DNA from: Tubiluchus corallicola
Taxonomy: Eukaryota; Animalia; Priapulida
Length of the DNA: 64,000 nt
Reading direction: 5' to 3'
Assembly (NCBI GenBank): GCA_030141605.1
Contig: JAQGDQ010000258.1
Span: 1 to 64,000, forward strand
The notes under the pieces are model-generated. The model made no database searches. It had not been told where the DNA came from and was given only the letters and a program-made list of their open reading frames with translations. Of the stretch, positions 60,812-64,000 are shown in pieces. A program made the translations under genes and the position numbers. Numbering within the stretch: the first letter of the stretch is position 1; every line of letters begins with the position of its first letter.

Positions 60812-61220
60812 ATTTGATTTGATTTGATTTAACTCTTTATTTCGAACTAGGTTCATAGAATACATAACATGCAATAGTTACAAGACATACAATAATTATA
60901 ATCCCTCCTCTCAACACATATAAATTAATACATAAATAAATAAAGCAACAGAACTGAAATCCCCGACACAACAAACATAGCTAGACTCTGTAGTTTCAAT
61001 AATAGAGATGAGAGTGTCTAGACAATGCCTAAATTCATCAAAATTATTATCAGCTTCATAGGGAAAGTAAACATTAATTAATACAAGTGGCATTAACTTA
61101 TCAGGAAATGAAAGAGAAATACCCATTACTCTGCATTCGTCATCATAGGTAAGTATTTTACTGGTAACAGGAAGAGTTTTTCGCCATAAGATAACCAAGC
61201 CTCCTTGTGGTCTACCACAC
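60812..61220 (-). mobile_element. decayed LINE fragment (APE remnant joined to 3' (AAATC)n tail)
   Basis: GRPQGGLVILWRK, LINVYFP, CVGDF; atttg repeats. Confidence 0.6.
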
Positions 61221-62938
61221 TGGCTGACTTTTCATGACTTCCTAACTTCTGATAATGTTTGGCAATTTAGTTTGTACTAGTTTTATCAAACTTTGTGCTG
61301 AGGATTTAGTAAACTGTGCGGCAAATGTTAGAAATTGTTCAGGTTGCCAGCAGGTGGCAGCAGTGAGAAAAGATGCGAAATAGCTGACGGTATAATGGTT
61401 TTCTTTATCATGTTTATATTAATTGTAACACGTTTTATTAAATTTTATAGTAGAAACAGAATTTTAAAACAAACAAATTTTTGTAGTGAAGCATTTTACA
61501 ATTTTAATTTTATGTCGTTGCAGGTGCAGAACCTTAGAGATTTAATCACTGCTTTTCATTCATTCCGGTAATTAATACTGTAACAAATATTATTGGCATA
61601 TTGCTATATGTATAAACTTATACTTTAATGTCAACTATGTAGCTTTATATATTAACGGAAGACCGGACATTTGTTTAGACTCAATCTCATTTTAATTTAC
61701 TGACCAAAATATACATTTTCTTGCGTATAAAAGTTTGCAATTGTTCGTTATATTTGAATAATTAGCTTAGAAAGTTAATTAATGGCAGCCGAACACCTAT
61801 TGTTTACGTCAGAAACTAACCACAGTTTGTGCAATGGCAGGCGTCTTACCTTGCGCGTCAAGCAGATTTGCGTAAGTGTTACAGTACTGCTTAAGTGCAT
61901 GATGTCACGAAAAATGGGGCCTATGTCATATGACGTAATAAAACTATGACGTCAGAAACTAACACAGCAGTTCATGATCATTCTTATCACGGTACCGCCT
62001 TCTATTTGTCGTCCACGCGAATGTGACAAAAAGGCGCCGTTGCCAATCTTAGTAGATTCACTGAGCTGCGCGTAACTTTGAAAGTTTAACGAAATTTAAA
62101 TATCTTAGGTAATTATTATTTAATCTAAGCTTTGATAAAAAAAGCTATTACAGTTTTCAATATTTTAGAGCACTCTTTATTCTACTAATGTTTACATATA
62201 ACCCGGGTTTCCTTTAACCTTTATTAAAAATTAAAAAAAGCAATTACTCAATCAAGTGACCTGCAAACATTGAATAATCACATGTGCTATAATAAATACA
62301 ACGATAAATGTTTAAAATTATTGATCAAATTTCAGTATTTATCACAAATATACGTAACTCCTCAATTAGATAACATACTAAGTCCGATTAAAATATGAAA
62401 ATTGTATCAATTTTGTGAAATTCGTTATGCACAAGTGTGAATTTCTATAATTAGATCAACAAATTTTTTTATACGTTTAAGATTTTCCCAAGCAAGCAAA
62501 GCAATGTTAGGCCTGATTTAAAGCAATCTGCTTTTTCCATAAACTCGGATATTGTGCAAATTTACTATAAAACTTGTACAACATCAACATGAATGAGTCA
62601 GCAATTTCACCAGTCAGCAGAATTTATGCAGGCCACGTTTTGACCGTCCACAATGGTCAATGGTCAATTCAGTGATTACAAAAGAACAAAAGAAAGTTAT
62701 TAAAGCTAAAGAAACAAGATGCACTTGTATGGAATCAAGCTAAAAGAAGCCAGTGCATTAAAAGATATCAGGTAAATGCACCTGAGTTCACTCAAGCGCG
62801 TTTGGCTTCTGTGATGGCTGTTAGCTATTGTCATGTTATTATTTAAATCACATTTGTAGCTGCATAAATTTCTTTCCACAAAACTGACTCTTGTTGGTGG
62901 TCAATAATCATCAAATGTTAGTAAATAGTTTTCTAAAT

Positions 62939-63293
62939 CGATACGTTCAGACCAGGCGTGTTCACTGGAAAATTCCCTCAGAGATCAAACTTGCAAGTGT
63001 GAACGGTTTGACAAGTTCTCTCTGAGAGTACACTCGCTCGTGTGAACGACTTGTTGGAAGTTCTAGCTCAAGTTCTCTTTGAGACAAAAATTCGCAAGTG
63101 TGAACGACTTGGCAAGTTCTCTCTAAGAGAAAACTCCCAAGTGTGAACATCTTTACATGTTCTCTCGCATGCCATTGTAAACTCTCCGAGACTTGCCGAA
63201 AGTTAACTTGTGCAAGAACTTGCCAAGTTGTTCATATTTGTATATCTATTTTCAGAAAGAACTTGTGCAAAAAGTTGCACGTCTGAACGCGCC
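62939..63293. mobile_element. PIF/Harbinger-like MITE
   Basis: imperfect TIR cgttcagac / gtctgaacgcgcc + taa; internal gtgtgaac repeats. Confidence 0.55.
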
Positions 63294-63523
63294 TTAATAA
63301 ATTTTGTTTTTCAAGATTCTTCTACATTTTCCAATCAGATGTTGTGTTACAAATGATAGTAATAGTAGCAAATGTAATTTTCATGAAATAGCATGTAAAA
63401 ACCATTGTGGTTGGTCGAAACGCATGCTGCTCACCCACGTCTCTGTATTTTTGATATCTAATGATGTGTTGATAAGATCTTTTTGGATGGAATTGATGTA
63501 AGTCAGCAGCTGTCCTCCTCTTT

Positions 63524-64000
63524 ATCATCATCATCATCATCATCATCATCTCTGGCGACACACGTCGTTTGACATGACCCTCCTGATCACTTTACTCCAT
63601 GCTGCCCTGTCACCCTCAACCCTCCGTGTCTCTGTATTTTTCATACCTAATGGCGTGTTGATAAGATCTTTTTGGATGAAATTGATGTAAGTCAGCAGTT
63701 GTCCTCCTTGTGGTTTCTTTTCTTTATGAAGTGTTTCTTTGAAAGCTAATTTCAATCTGTCATCTGGAAGTCGTATAACATGTCCTGTCCATCTAAATCT
63801 TCTTCTTTTGGTTTTATCTGTCCATTGTCCATTCCTCTGTCTTGACTTTATTATACACGTCCTAGTTTGATATTTTCTTTGGCCATTTTATTTGTAGAAT
63901 GTTCCTGTAGGTTCGTCTTTGAAATGCATCAATTACTGACTTGTGTTGTACCTTGGTTGTCCATAATTCTGAGTTGTAGAGAACCACAGTTTCCAAAAAT
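63524..64000 (-). mobile_element. decayed LINE 3' end with (GAT)n tail
   Basis: LYNSELW, IDAFQRR, IKWPKKISN, RRRFRWTGHVIRLPD. Confidence 0.75.

Overview
AT-rich eukaryotic (invertebrate-type metazoan) genomic DNA. The left ~46 kb holds the 5' part of a large minus-strand non-classical cadherin gene (Cad87A/CDH23/CDHR-like): a signal peptide plus at least 12 EC repeats in 30 hand-assembled, phase-compatible GT-AG coding exons, running off the window start. A divergently oriented single-coding-exon C2H2 zinc-finger gene (18 fingers) lies at 56.2-58.3 kb. The cadherin introns carry a near-full-length RTE LINE with a predicted HDV-like ribozyme at its 5' end, an intact two-ORF LINE inserted against a splice acceptor, a chimeric 5S-rRNA/RTE-5'UTR SINE-like element, several MITEs, and five large, mutually unrelated minisatellites that each abut an exon boundary. 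One of these arrays is ~36 tandem copies of the splice acceptor itself. No prokaryotic features or CRISPR arrays were found. Family and clade assignments are from motif recognition only, with no database search.
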